Below, one piece after another: positions 1-13,293 of a stretch of 64,000 nt of DNA. The notes below the pieces were generated by a model that ran no database searches, was not told the origin of the DNA, and saw only the letters and a program-made list of their open reading frames with translations. The number at the start of each line of letters is the position of its first letter. Positions within the stretch are counted from its first letter, which is position 1. The position numbers and the translations under genes were made by a program. This stretch comes from Eledone cirrhosa (Eukaryota): assembly GCA_964016885.1 (NCBI GenBank), contig OZ024746.1, forward strand, positions 77,128,001-77,192,000, read 5' to 3'.

Positions 1-36
<36 letters not shown>

Positions 37-145
37 TTTCGATTAATTTTGAAAATAAACAAGAATTTTTAAAGGAATTTAGTAAAAATAACTTTTTTAA
101 TTTTTAAGTTGGTGCTTGAGACATACTTAACAAAATTTTCTTATA

Positions 146-310
146 CAGGCAAAATTCCGTTATAATTAATTTTTCAGTATAACAATTTTTTTCAATCCCC
201 GAGTTAATAACAAAAGCTCGAATTGTTTCTGTCGATCTCGTTATAAAGAATTTTTCATACAACAAATTTTTTTTATACCCCATGAATTTTGTGATAATGG
301 AATTTCACTG
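146..310. mobile_element. Tc1/mariner-pogo-type MITE
   Basis: TA|CAGGCAAAATTCCGTTAT ... ATAATGGAATTTCACTG|TA: imperfect TIRs flanked by TA. Confidence 0.55.
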
Positions 311-817
311 TATAAAATAATAACAGTTTAAATCTAAATATGAACACTTTAAATCAAATGGCTTTGCATCATAGAAACAAGAGTGGTTTCATGTGGTAGG
401 TGTGTTAAGCCACTGCTGCTAGTGATGGTGACCATCATCATATTATAAATACTTTTTGATTCCAGCAGGTGATGGGGTCCACGTCTTGTTCATACGGTCT
501 ATATTTCGGTATGGTTTCTATGGCAGGATGTTCTAATATCAACTGCTTTACAGGGCATACTGGTTGTATTTTAAATTTGCATCAGCACTGCCACTTTACA
601 GAATGAACTGGGTGCATTTGATCATTGCACCAGCACTACCACATTACAGAATATACTGGGTGTATTTGATTATGACACCATACTTACCACTTTACAAACT
701 GGAGTGGATGCATTTTTTCATGGCAATCATGTGTAATGAAATTAAATTGAAATGGAAAAGTTTGAGGAAATAATAAGAAAACTATCAAATCTTATAGTAT
801 AATAATAAACATAAAGT

Positions 818-823
818 TTTATT
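818..823 (-). promoter_or_regulatory. Candidate poly(A) signal AATAAA
   Basis: First AATAAA on the minus strand, about 125 nt after the stop and before the downstream repeats. The AT-rich context weakens this. Confidence 0.5.
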
Positions 824-947
824 TTTCAATGAGGATTTCCATACACCCCTTGTAATGTGCAAGCCAGATAGTATATTGAAGTTATAAGACATACTATCAA
901 CAAGATACTACAATGGTAGGTAAGTTCCATTGAAACACCCCCTTTTT

Positions 948-1158
948 TCAATCACTTGATGACCAACTGCGACTGCGGCTCGAACTACTGCCCTTTCTCT
1001 TGCGACCACTTCTTCCACTCCTTCGACTGCTTCGACGTCGCTGACGACTGCTGCTGCTACTACGACGGTCCCGAGTATTTCGTCGTTGTTGGTTGCGAGA
1101 GCTGCTTCGAGAGTAAGAGCGCCGATGGCTGGATGACCGACTTCGTGAAGGACTTGAA
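948..1158 (-). CDS. NKTR: Exon 20, terminal RS domain and stop
   Basis: tcacag|T TCA AGT ... GAT TGA. The 20 exons sum to 4377 nt (1458 aa plus stop). Confidence 0.92.
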
Positions 1159-1825
1159 CTGTGAGTGGGAGGCAAATATATAAAAATAAAGGAAATAAAT
1201 TTTACAATTCATCAAAGAAAGGAAGAAAACAAACAAATTAAATGTTTCGGTTCACAACTGCATAGATTTAACTGACTTCTTATGAGGTTACATTTCATAC
1301 AAGGTTTCTCGGGTGTTTTAATGATAGAGGCTCCAGTCCTATCATGTTATAACTTACAGCAATACAGGTTTAGCTGGTCTATGAGGTTGCAACTCATTGA
1401 ATGTTTCTTGAGTGTTTTAATGATATGAGCCCCAGTTCTATCATGTTACAGCTCACACCTATGCAGGTTTATGTTAGCCCCCAACAAGAGTGCATCACAT
1501 AGAAAGTTTTCTGTATGTATAATGTCCTATCACGAAAAAAAACATAAAATGTCTTGCTCGAGAACACAATGTAGCACACAACATTGGAATTGAATCTATA
1601 GCCTTATAATGATGAGATCAACAGCCTAACCCTTAGCTATGTGCTGGGTGCATTGTATCATGACAGCAACATGAGAGAGGTCGACATGACTTTGACAGGG
1701 CAAAGATAGACAGCAACCGGAGAGGTTGGATGAGAATTCATGTGATTATATTTATTTTAGGTATTAATAAACCCAGACAAGAGTGAATATTGCTGCCAGT
1801 ATTATATATGGTGAATACTGGACCG

Positions 1826-2242
1826 AGATCTTTGGCGCTACACAGTAATACAGAAGACCCGCCTTGCCTAAGTACAAAGCGAAACCTACAGTCAGTAGGC
1901 ACCTCTAACATAAATACACCCCCACCCCATCCACACCACCCCTTTCGATGTAAAGTTATGTTGGTACCACAACATCCAGTCCGAAACAAATGAGGTCGTG
2001 TAGGTGTCACAACAAAAAAACACACAGTCCACGCTGTAATGTGGCCATGTAGGTAACACGGTAAAAACCTCCCAGCCCCACACTGTAAACGTGGTTGGTG
2101 TTAGGAAGGGCATCCAGCCGTAGAAAACCCGCCAGACAGTCCTATACGAGCAAGACAACCAATCTTGCCTCAAGTGGGAAAATTCCCGTCCAAACCCATG
2201 CAAGTGTGGAAGATGGACGTTAAACGATGATGATGATGATGA
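1826..2242 (+). mobile_element. RTE-derived non-autonomous retroelement (SINE-like)
   Basis: GGTTGGTGTTAGGAAGGGCATCCAGCCGTAGAAA core and a GGACGTTAAAC(GAT)n tail shared with the RTE LINE 3' end. Near-identical to the copies at 7938-8303 and 29168-29500. Confidence 0.85.
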
Positions 2243-2422
2243 ATTGGCAGTATTGGTAGAGGGTTGGACGCCATGCTTTCTAGCATAATTACGTCCCTTT
2301 ACGGTCTGAGTTCAAATCCTGTTGAGGTTAACTTTGCCTTTCATCCTTACGGGGTCGATAAAATAAAGTACCAGTAATGCACTGGGTAATTGCTGGCCTT
2401 GTGCCAAAAGTAGAAACAATTA
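2243..2422 (+). mobile_element. tRNA-derived SINE with Nin/Deu-like core
   Basis: A-box-like TGGCAGTATTGG, B-box GAGTTCAAATCC and core GCCTTTCATCCTTACGGGGTCGATAAAATAAAGTACCAG. Other copies near 17585, 48610, 48730, 56107, 56700 and 59793. Confidence 0.85.
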
Positions 2423-2666
2423 TATGTATATGTGTGTGTGCGCTTAAAATGATTTCATTTGATTTTGTGGAGAAATAATAACTTCTTTCACAGAAGTCCA
2501 CAAAAGACTGGTCAGATCTATAATCAATTGACTTAACCCTCATACTTTACTAGTACTTATATTATCAGCTATAGAAGGATTAAAAGAAGTCAACCCAATG
2601 GAATTTCAACCCTGCTTTTTATTTTTACTTAAATATAATAAAGATGAGTGTAGGTTAAAAACTTAC

Positions 2667-2714
2667 CGTCTTCGAGAATTGCTACGCCTGGGAGAATCTC
2701 GCCTGCGACGATTC
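2667..2714 (-). CDS. NKTR: Exon 19 (NRRRRDSPRRSNSRRR)
   Basis: atgtag|...|gtaagt, 48 nt, phase 2-2, RS-rich. Confidence 0.9.
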
Positions 2715-5144
2715 CTACATAAGTACACAATTTTCATTAAATCAAACCTTTATTTTAAACGATTTCATGAAAAAGTAAAAATGTGTTTTGGGCTTTTTTT
2801 GAAAATAATCTTTCATAACCATATTTCTAATGAAAGACACTCCCTATGGTTTTCAATTAATTTTGAAAATAATCAAGAATTTGATGTGGTTTAGTAATAT
2901 AACTAACTTTTTCATTAATTTGGTGTTTGGAACAAAGGTTTTTACAGTTATGGTGGAAGGTTTTTAGATAAATATAAACATTTTAAAACAAACAGTTGTA
3001 TTGTAGGTAGAACCAGGGTGGTTTGGGACAATTTGATACAAAATAAAAATGAATTATTAGATATTAGAATATTGTATTTAGAAACTGGTTCCCAGAGATT
3101 CTTTGTATTTGGTTTCAAGTTTCTCGCAAGGTTTAACCCATTTGATATGAAACCACATTAGAAATATAGTAACAAATGAATCAAGAGTGAATCTCAATTT
3201 AGATCTTGAGAATCCTTTAGCAGTACTGAAATCATAAGTCTGCTTTTGAAATTTTCATTGAACATTTTCTATTTGTGTTAGTAATTTAGAAGGTTAAATT
3301 TGAAAGACTGGACTAGAGAAGATGGGTACCACCAAGCATTTCTAAGGCTCACTGATATGCCATGATGGACACACAGTCAAACATCTAAAGTAACAGCTGT
3401 ACTACACCAGTAGCTAAACCTACATAGGTATGAGCTGCAACAGCACGATAGGACTGGAGCCCTATCATTACAACACCAAATAAACCTTGAATGATTGATT
3501 GAATTTAGAAGTGAATGAAGTTGTAGAATTCATGTGAATCCTATTGGCCACTCTGGAACAATGCTTCCCAAAGTGAGTTCCATGAGATAAGGTGTCCTGT
3601 CCAGGGAGAGGCTTGTACTCTCAGTCACGTAATCCCAAGGAAACTGGAGATAAGCACCAACCTGATGAGCCTTCGGCTTAGAACAGAGTTTAACTAACTT
3701 AATTCACTCCTTAGGAGTCTTTTAAAGAAATTCAAAATAAAGTTTATGGTTCTTTATATTTGACTAAATTCTCTCTCTGAAACATTTAATGTCTTATTAA
3801 AATTAAGACAGTGGAGATTGCTTATACAATATAGTTACAGTTTTGGTGATTTTTGGAAAATCATATAAAGGTTCTGCAACAAAACATTTTGGAACCACAG
3901 CTCTAGAATTAACATGTAGACTTATCATCACCAACAACATTTAACGTCGGTTTTCTTTGCTAGAAAGGGTTCAATAAGTCATCACAAACCAAGTCAGTGC
4001 TTATTCAGAATCACTGACTCTACAGCAAGTATCATGTGCATTTTATCGTGACACTAGCATTAGGGAGATTTTCATGTCTCCGATACAATTGTAGAATCCT
4101 CTTGGTCTTTTATTTGACAGGTTTTCTATGGATGGACACTTTTCCTATCACCAGCCATTTAGCAGAGTGTACTGAGTGCGTTTTATGTTGCCAACCCTAT
4201 GGAGGTTGTTGTTCCCTTGACAATATTTAAGGCTCATTCAGTTTTATTTTTAAGGGTAGGCTTTCTTGTAATATGCAAAAGAATGAGCCAGATGAAATAT
4301 TACTAAAATATTACTAACCCTCAACATCTAATGATTTAGTAAAAAATATTGAGAAACAGGTTTGATAATTCAAATGTTTATAAAATCTTTGCAAGTGAAC
4401 AGATAGTTGTGAAAATTTGTAGTATTAAATTAAAGACTGATTTTTAATGTGATGCTTTGTACTTTTCAAGAATGTTTTGCTAATGCAGGTACTGTTAACA
4501 TTTAAAACACTAGAAAAACCCAACTTACTTAGAAGTGTCTCTAGAAGGGCTGCGCTTATACTTAGAAGTTGATGATGATGATATTGGGGATCTGTGACGA
4601 TAAGGAGGACCCCTAGAAAAAGAAACATCAACATTCAGATAAAGTAAAACAAAAATCAGCAATTACAGTGTGGAAGAGTTATAATCTTCCAAGCTGTAAT
4701 AACTTTAGTTCCAACACAGTCCCTAATCAAGTCACTTCCCAGAAAAGTACAATTCCTACTTTAATGTCCTGCTTTATCAATGGTACAGCCAAATGCCTTC
4801 CCTGATGCCAACCAATACCTTTCAGTATGGTAGAGATTCACTGACTTAATGGTGGTAAAAACGCATACAAACACACATATTCATACAAATGATGAGCTTT
4901 CACAGTTCCCATCTACCAAATTCATTCACAGGATATCGTCAGCCAAAAGCTATAGAAGACACTTGCCTAAGGTGCCATGCAGTGGGGACCATACCCAGAA
5001 CTACATGCTTTAGAAGCGAACTTATTAACCACATAGCCATAAAATAAATATCATATGCTGTGAAGATTTCCCACATTTCCAAATTGAATTAAAAAAAAAT
5101 TGCTGACGTTTCCAAAGGAAGATGTAATGAAAAGCACTACGAAC

Positions 5145-6020
5145 CTACTCCTAGAACGCGTTGATCTACGCTGTTTCCACCTAGGGGGCGAATAGTTACT
5201 GGTCCTCATATAAGGTCGTGATGAACGAGGTGAAGTATATTTTCTTGATGACCGAATCCCTCGAGAGGAAGAGGAACGTGAATACCTGGTTAAAGAGTAT
5301 GATGTTGGTGAATGGTTCCAACGTCCAGTACGCACTGGGGAATTTCGGCTGGATGACCTGAAGTGGCGCTTCGGAGACCGTGAATGGCTTCTCGATTTAC
5401 TACTGTTGTGACTGGTATGCCGTCTGCCTGATGACTTTTTTGGAGAAGGACTCGAATCTCGTGTGTACGACTGTTTGGATGATGATAGGGTTGAATGATG
5501 TTTCTCATCTTCAGTGCACTTAGAAGAAGGGATACTTATCACATCAACAGTTTCTTTTTTGCCACTTTTTTCAACACTGTCTTTCTCAATTACAGCCTTA
5601 GTTATTTCAGAGATCAATGGTGGTTGCATCTTTAGATCACCTGCTTTTGTATCTGAAGGTAAAGGCACAGGGACATCAGACAATTCAATTTCAATACTCT
5701 CTTTCGTAACCTCATCTGAATTAATGGTAGTCACTGCTTCCACAACTGTTGCTTTCTGGTCTGTTTCGCAACTGACCACTACAGCAGGTGTTGGGATTAC
5801 AGCTTTGGCCAATACAGAACTGCTTGTATCAGAAAGTTTCAAAGTAGAAGAGGAGATGTTCTGTGCACATTTATCTGTCATTGCTGGAACTGCAGTCAAA
5901 GAGTCAATGGAAACAGAGGCTACAGTGCTTGTGGAACTAGGTGGAAGCGGTACAGATTTCACACTTCCAACAGGATCAGGAGGAGTTGGGATGTTTGCTA
6001 GTAATGCTGCAGAATTGAGT
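5145..6020 (-). CDS. NKTR: Exon 18, large S/T/P/E then RS-rich exon
   Basis: ttccag|...|gttcgt, 876 nt open, phase 2-2. Confidence 0.9.
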
Positions 6021-7678
6021 CTGGAAAAAATAAATGGAAAGTATAACAAGAAAATTAGTAATTGAAAAAATATTAACCTTTTTGTTAACATATTTCTAAT
6101 GATATATACTGTACTTCAATAAAAAGTACAAAACACCACTTTGACTGTGTCACATTAACAATTATAGCCTTTATTCTAATACTACAAATGTTCCCAACAA
6201 TTTGACCATTAGTAAAGATACTATAAACATTTGAATTGACAAACCTGTATTTAGATATTTTCTTTGAAATCATTACAGGAGGTTAGGAGTTAATGCTCGT
6301 GAAATTAATGTGCAAGTGGCTGAGGATTCCACAAACACATCTACTCTTAACGCAATTTTAAGGAAGATTTAGCATGACTCAAAGCTGGCCCTTTGAATTA
6401 CATGTACAATACATTTTTGCGAGCTGAGTAGACTAAAGCAATGTGAAATAAAGCAACTTGCTCTAAGACACATGTGGTTGGAAATTGAACTCACAATTGT
6501 GAGTCAAGCACATTAGCCACTATGACTGTATATTACTGGTATATATTTTACTGACTTTGAACACTGAAAAAATGTTGCATTTAGTGTAATCTGAACTAAG
6601 AAACAAGATGTACCAAACCTATTACCATAAAGTATATAGTCCAGTTTTCTACTTTTATAGTCAACATACCATCTCACAAAAGCTAATTTTTACTGTGGAG
6701 AAAATTAGAAAATTGAACCAACTATAGTAGATTACATGTACTTATTTTATTGATCCCAGAAGGAATGGAAGGAAAGTCGACGCTCCGTTAATATTTGCAC
6801 TCAGATTCAAGAGATGAATTTTAAATACTGCCATAAGTGCAGGCATGGTTATGTAAAAGAGTTTGCTTCTCAATCAAGTAGTTTGGGGTTCAATTCCACT
6901 GTGTAGCACCTTAAGAAGAAATGTTCAGCTATAGCCTCAGGGTGACCAATACCTTGTGAGTGAATTTTGGTAAGCAAAAACTTGTAGAAACCCATCCTAT
7001 GTATGTGTGTGTTTGTATATCAGTGTCTGGATTTATGTTTGTCTGTCTGGACTTATGACCCCCAATGAAAAGAGATCGATAAAATAAGTATCAGACATGA
7101 AAAAAAAAGTATGATTTAGTGTTGATATGATTGATTAAATCAAGGTTGTGCCTCGGCATGGCCACAGTTTAATGATTGAAACCAGCAAAAAAAGTACATG
7201 AATAATAGGAATACCTCAAGCCAATCATTCTATATTGTCTTAGCCATGTCTAGTACCAACACCCACTTCACCTTATAATACCAGGAAAAAAAAAACAAAC
7301 AGAACTAAGCTTAGTCATTACTGAGAATTCAAATGAATATCAAATTAATACAAGTTGTAAAAATAAGAAAAATAAAAATATTTCATTAATAATTTTCGGG
7401 GAAGAATACCTTTCTGTGGTCATTCTCAACAATATATAATTGAGCTATTCAAACAACAGGCCACATGCATGCTTTTGCAAACACCCACAAGGAAATCATG
7501 TTAGTGCATGTTTCATATCATGACAAAAGTTAGTCATTCCTCTCATTCCCAAACCAATAAAATTCCATGATAGAGGCCAATTTTTTACAAGCTGTTACAC
7601 ACCTTTCAAAGTCCATACTTGTCTCAATTATACTTAAACATGACTGAAGCTTAAATGAGGAGATAAGCAATGAGTAAT

Positions 7679-7723
<45 letters not shown>

Positions 7724-7726
<3 letters not shown>

Positions 7727-7828
7727 GGTGTCCCCCAAAAAATGTATACTACAAACTTTGATTACTTATACAGGCTATATTTATTAGAATGCTGTTGAAG
7801 TGTGTATACATTTTTGGGGGTCACCCTT
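7724..7828. mobile_element. About 105-bp mariner-type MITE
   Basis: TA|CAGGGTGTCCCCCAAAAAATGTATAC ... GTATACATTTTTGGGGGTCACCCT TIRs; inserted at a (TA)n run. Confidence 0.8.
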
Positions 7829-7937
7829 ATTTTATATATATTCACACACACATACTTGCTTGCTTAAGTGTTAACTATAGAGAGTCATGAACGAATAAAC
7901 AAAATGGAGCTGTGCATCAAATTGGACCAAGGAAACA

Positions 7938-8303
7938 CGAAACCTACAGTCAGTAGGCACCTCTAACAAAAATACACCCCCGCCTCACTACCCCCACCCC
8001 ACCCCTTTCAATGTAAAGTTATGTTGGTACCACAACATCCAGGCCGAAGCAAATGAGGTCGTGTAGGTGTCACGACAAAAAAAAAACCCAGTCCACGCTG
8101 TAATGTGGCCGTGTAGGTAACACGGTAAAAACCTCCCAGTCCACACTGTAAACGTGGTTGGTGTTAGGAAGGGCATCCAGCCATAGAAAACCTGCCAGAC
8201 AGTCCTATACGAGCAAGTCAACCAATCTTGCCTCAAGTGGGAAAATTTCCGTCCAAACCCATGCAAGCGTGGAAGATGGACGTTAAACGATGATAATGAT
8301 GAT
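7938..8303 (+). mobile_element. RTE-derived non-autonomous element, young 5'-truncated copy
   Basis: Near-identical to 1880-2242; probable TSD GAAACA at 7932 and 8304. Confidence 0.85.
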
Positions 8304-8645
8304 GAAACATTTCTATTGGTCTTTCCATTGATGATAATATCAGCCAGTCATCACTCCTGGCAGGGCAGGAGGCAGGATTTCAATTCAGAACATGCAGCGC
8401 TGGATCAGATACTGCAAAGCACCCTGTCCAACTCTTTAACAATTCTGCCAACCCACCATCCTTGAAATGGTACTTTATTAATCAACCTTAAAAGAATGCA
8501 AGGCAATGTTGATCTTCGTGGTATTTGAGTTCGGATGGCAGTGAGTGAACAAATACAGAGGTATATTAATCTGATGCCCTAATGACTCTGCCAACTAAGG
8601 AATTGAACTCAACTTAAGACAATAATTTAAAAAATTTAAGAAAGA

Positions 8646-8707
<62 letters not shown>

Positions 8708-9487
8708 AATAGAATATTTTTTTGAAATAAGAAGCTTCAGAAAAAAGCTATAAATAAAGCTATGAATAAAGCTCTTCACTGAAATGATGCTTTAAGATTT
8801 GAAGGATGCAGAATGAGACAGAAAATTTAACTAATCTTTCACACGCTTTTTTTTGGTAGTCCAGATCAACTGTATTTGAACAGACCTGTAATACGGAGGC
8901 AGCTGATCAGTACTTCCTGCCATGATTATCCAACATTTAGCACGAGAAATATTACACAAAAATTATTACCTAAAACACATAATTCTTTTCATCATCAAAG
9001 TTTTTACATCAATTTTTCTATGGCGCCATGAGATGGATAAGACCTTTTTGAAGCAGTATTCTGACTGGATGCCCTTCTTGGTGGAATTTGTTCCAGTCTT
9101 TAGTAGTCTGAGTTCAAACCTTACTTTGGCCTGCTAATCACCATAGAAAGGGTAGGAGTGCCACCATGAACAGAGATGTAACCAACCATAGTAAGAGAGA
9201 GCTAGGTTATTTAGCCTACTGAGAGTAGATGCTAGCTGATGATATATTTCTTTTCAGTCATGACAAATAATCATAAACAGGGCCACAAGTTAGGCTATGT
9301 AGTTAAGATGTTTGTTTTGCAACCACAGTTCTGAATTCGATTTCATTGGGTGGCACCTTGGGCAATTTTCTTCTAATATAGCCTTGTGAGAGAATTTGGC
9401 AGACAGAAAGTGTGAGGAATCCCTTGGGATAAGATGATAAAAGCTGACCTTGCACAACTGTACCTCTCAAAAGCGATGACACGATCG

Positions 9488-9943
9488 AGATCTCTGGCAC
9501 TATGCAGTAATACAGACCCGCTTTCCCATGCGCACGGGTTGAAGCATACATCTAGTGTGCACCACTTTCCCCTTCCCTACCATACACCTCACATGTCCTA
9601 ACACCCAACCCATCACCAGATAAGTCCCCCACCTCACCCCAGATCTATCTCTTCGATCCTTATGCCCCCCCCCCCCCCACTCCATACTGTAAAGTGGTTG
9701 TTTTGGTGCCACGACAAAAACCAACCAGCTCACACTGTAAAGTGGTTGCGTAGGTGTCAACAAACAGCACCCAGTATACAGTGTAAATGGGGTTGGCGTT
9801 AGGAAGGGCATCCAGCCATAGAAACGAATACAAAATCAGTTCTGTATGAGCAAGACATGATCATCTGATTGGGCTTATCTCAAAGAGACAACTTGTCTAA
9901 CCCATGTTAGCATGGAAAAATGTATGTTAAACAGTGATGATGA
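9488..9943 (+). mobile_element. RTE-derived non-autonomous element, second subfamily (sister copy 55240-55775)
   Basis: Shares the GATCTCTG...CAGTAATACAG head, a C-rich linker, 48-bp modules, the AGGAAGGGCATCCAGCC core and a (GAT)n tail. Confidence 0.8.
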
Positions 9944-10548
9944 GTGTGTGTGAGTATCTTCATATTGACACCGTTTAAAGTGATTAATGATGGTTATTTA
10001 TGTCCTACATACACCATATATTTGGCAGCTTAGTAATTCAATAACCATTAGCAGTAAATACCATGCCTTAAATAAGTGTAAGAGTTGGCTTCAGGCAGGG
10101 CATCCAGCCATTAGAATAAAACCGTTGCAAAATATCTCATTTAACTCATGCAAGAATGGAAAAATAGACAGAGATTATGATAATGGACATTTACAATCTT
10201 AACATTGCCACCAAGGTAAAATGTACCGTGGATGCTCAGTAAAGTGGTTGGAAGGACACCCAGTCAAATGTGAGGTGTGCACATCCCTTCCACCCCACCG
10301 CCAGCTCAGCTGGAAGGACAGTAGCTCCAATAAAATACTGACATGGTCTGTGATGACCAAACCAACCTATGCCAGTATGGAAAAATGGATAGTAAAAGAC
10401 GATGGTGATGATGATATTGATGATTAATATAATTCATGTCAAAACATGTTTATCAACAGAAAAAAATGTGGTTAATATGTCTGTCAACTCCAGACATTTT
10501 TCTCATTAAAAACTGGTGGAAAATATAAGAAGAAAAAAATATACAAAC

Positions 10549-10808
10549 TTGGCAAACTGAGCTGTAGCTTCAATGGCTGTTTGTTCGGCAATTGCTAATG
10601 GTGGCGGTGGAAGAGGAGGTGGTGGTGGAGTGGTGGCGATGGTAGTAGTAGTTAACGTTGTTGTTGATGTTATTGACGTTGCTGCTGCTGTTGTCGTTAG
10701 TCCCAAAGAAGAGGAAGTGGTGGTGGTGGTGCAGCTTAAATGTACAGTTTCACGACTTCCTTCCGATGGAAGACGGATAGACAAAGGAGGGTTAACCTCA
10801 GGAGGCAA
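10549..10808 (-). CDS. NKTR: Exon 17, Thr/Pro-rich
   Basis: ttgcag|...|gtttgt, 260 nt. The donor is weak and was chosen because the next exon needs phase 2. Confidence 0.82.
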
Positions 10809-12060
10809 CTGCAATATAGATAAATGAATAGCTTTCATTATATACCAGAAATAAAATATGTTAGTGTTGGTTCACTCTATAAAAAATGCACCCAGGTCAC
10901 TCTGTAAAGTGTAAAACACACTCAGTACATTCTGTAAGGTGGTTGACATTAGGAAGGGCATCCAACCATAGAAACCATCCTAAATATGGAATATATGAGG
11001 AAGATAAGGTTGCTCTGACCTGTTTAGTCTCAGACTATGACAATCCATGCCAGCATTGAAAGCAGATGTAAAATGATGAGGATGAAATGAAATGAATTTA
11101 ATTTACAGCTCACACCTATGCAGGTCTAGTTAGCTTCTTAAGAGGCATCTTATAGGAGGTTCCTCGTTTTTTTTTTGTTTTTTGGGGAGAGGGGGGGGGG
11201 ACTATATTATGGACTCCAGTCCTATGACAAAAAGCAATGGGAAATGAAGCATCGTGTCCAAGAACACAACACACTATCCGATCTAGGAATCAAACCCACG
11301 ACTTGATGATTCTGAGTCAAACACCCTAACTACTAGGCCACTGGCTTTACATATACCAGAGGTGTTCTATCAAGTTATAGCTCTATAAAATTGCATAATC
11401 TGCAAAACTATTCAACTGTATGAATATTAAAATGAGAGCAGAGAGAAGGAAAAAGACCCCGAAAATCACTTTAAAAAAAAAACCAAAAAAAAATATCTAA
11501 TACATCATTAAAGGGATTCTTTTTTAGCCTTGCACGGGAATTAAAATATAGATTACATAATAATTGCTTACTTTACATATAAATATATGTATATCATCTC
11601 ATCATCATCATCATTTATATGGGGTTTTTTCCATGATGGCATGGGTTGGATAGAATATGTTGACAAAATGTTTTACAGCAGGATAACTTTCCTGACAGCA
11701 GCCCATTTAGTTACCTCTTATGATATGTAGGGATATTGTGTACCGATTTTAAAAACTGGGATTATATATATATATATATGCTAGTGCAATGATAAAATGC
11801 ACCTAGTACACTCTGCATAGAGGTTGTTGGTAATAAGGAAGGTATCCAGCTGTAGAAACCATACCAAAATCAGAACATATGTAAGCAAGAAATGGTGCAC
11901 AGCTCACATGGGAGGACACTCACTCTGATTAAGTACAGAGTTAGTTGGTGACAACATATCCAAAGCATGCCAGCATGGAAAAAGAGATGTCAAATGATGA
12001 TGATGGTGATGAAATACTTACCAGACTTATTATATAATTAAGAGACAAAAATAAACTTAC

Positions 12061-12135
12061 CTGAATATTTTGTAAATTCATCTCTTCTTCAGGCTCAACA
12101 TCTTCAGGGTCAGGTGGTGGTTGCCATTTGAACTT
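12061..12135 (-). CDS. NKTR: Exon 16 (KFKWQPPPDPEDVEPEEEMNLQNIQ)
   Basis: ttttag|...|gtaagt, 75 nt, phase 0-0; WQPP followed by an acidic stretch. Confidence 0.9.
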
Positions 12136-12425
12136 CTAAAATAGAAACACATATTTTTTGATTATCTTATTTTATTTTTTATCCTCAGCTAAAGTTAACT
12201 ATTATTAGGTTTAACAAGAGACAATTGACAGTGTACTCTTTTAGTGGTTAAAGTCATTAGACTGTAGCTATATTGGAACATCACCTCCAAGGGTTTTAAT
12301 AGATTGCATTGACTAGTACATATTTTGTTCAAGTTTGGTACTTAATTTAACAACTCTATTTGTTGAACCACTAAATTACACAACATATAAACAAACAGTA
12401 AACACAGACACATACACATAATGTG

Positions 12426-12735
12426 AAGGTGTGTTCCGTCTTTGTGGTTAGGGGTATTCGGCTCACGATTGTAACATCGTGGGTTCGATTCCTGACAGCA
12501 GGTTGTGTCCTCAAGCAAAACACTTTATTTCATGTTGCTGCAGTCTACTCAGCTGGTAAAAATGAATTGTAATTCGAAGAGACAGCTTTGTCACACTGAC
12601 TCTCCTTGAGAACTACGTTATAGGCAAGTGTGCTCATCAAATGCTGAGTCACTTGCACATTAATTTCACAAGCAGACTGTTCCATTGATTGTATTAACTG
12701 GGACATTCATCGTCGTAACTGACAGAGTACCAGTT
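12426..12735 (+). mobile_element. tRNA-derived SINE, second family (TGTGTCCTTGAGCAAGACACTT core)
   Basis: GGTTCGATTCC B-box followed by the core. Other copies near 37288 (+), 32050 (-), 25720 (-) and 11240 (-). Confidence 0.75.
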
Positions 12736-12827
12736 ATCTATACAATGGACTTCCTAACTACTTTCAGGTTCACTCTCACTTTGTAGCACCTTAGGCAAGT
12801 GTCTTCCACTATAAGAATAATACTTAC

Positions 12828-13293
12828 TTCCAGCTTTTCTTTAGGTTTCTTATCAGCACTTGATGTTGACTGACGGTAGTAATGCTTGGATTTGCTTGAT
12901 TTCGATTCTGGGGCTGTATGGCGTTTCTGTGGGCCATCACCATCAGAATCCATATCAGAATCTGAGCAAGCAGAGGAGTTACTCATGTTTGAAGAAAGAG
13001 CAGTTGAATTCAGCTGACTTCGGTCGTCAGGTTTAATCACAGCGGCCACTAACGGTTCTGGTTGATCCTCTAGATTGTACTGTATCTTTCCACTAGATGA
13101 CAGATTAGTTGGTTCACTGGGAGCAACTACAACGGCTGCCGTCGGCTGAAGTTGTGATAATGATGGCAGTTCAGGAGTCAAAGAATTTTTGGGTGATTTC
13201 GGAGTGACAGCACTGGCAGAATCTTTCTGCTCAGCATCACTGTCAATATCTTCATCAGTTTTAGGTACTGTTTTATTTGGACTAAGATTATCT
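12828..13293 (-). CDS. NKTR: Exon 15, low-complexity S/P/D region
   Basis: ttgcag|...|gtaagt, 466 nt, phase 2-0. Confidence 0.92.

Noticed and set aside
956-1183. Cys/Asp-rich plus-strand ORF resembling a metallothionein
   Set aside because: It is the antisense reading of the RS-rich terminal exon. The same applies to 5514-6065, 10573-10827 and 19208-19666.
1852-1902. CAGAAGA...GAAA as a hammerhead in the RTE-derived head
   Set aside because: The core has CAGA rather than CUGA, there is no UH after the stem, and sister copies do not keep it.
3655-3695. CTGATGAGCCTTCGGCT as a hammerhead
   Set aside because: No GAAA, stem III or stem I. It is a SINE 3' segment with a related copy near 54070-54120.
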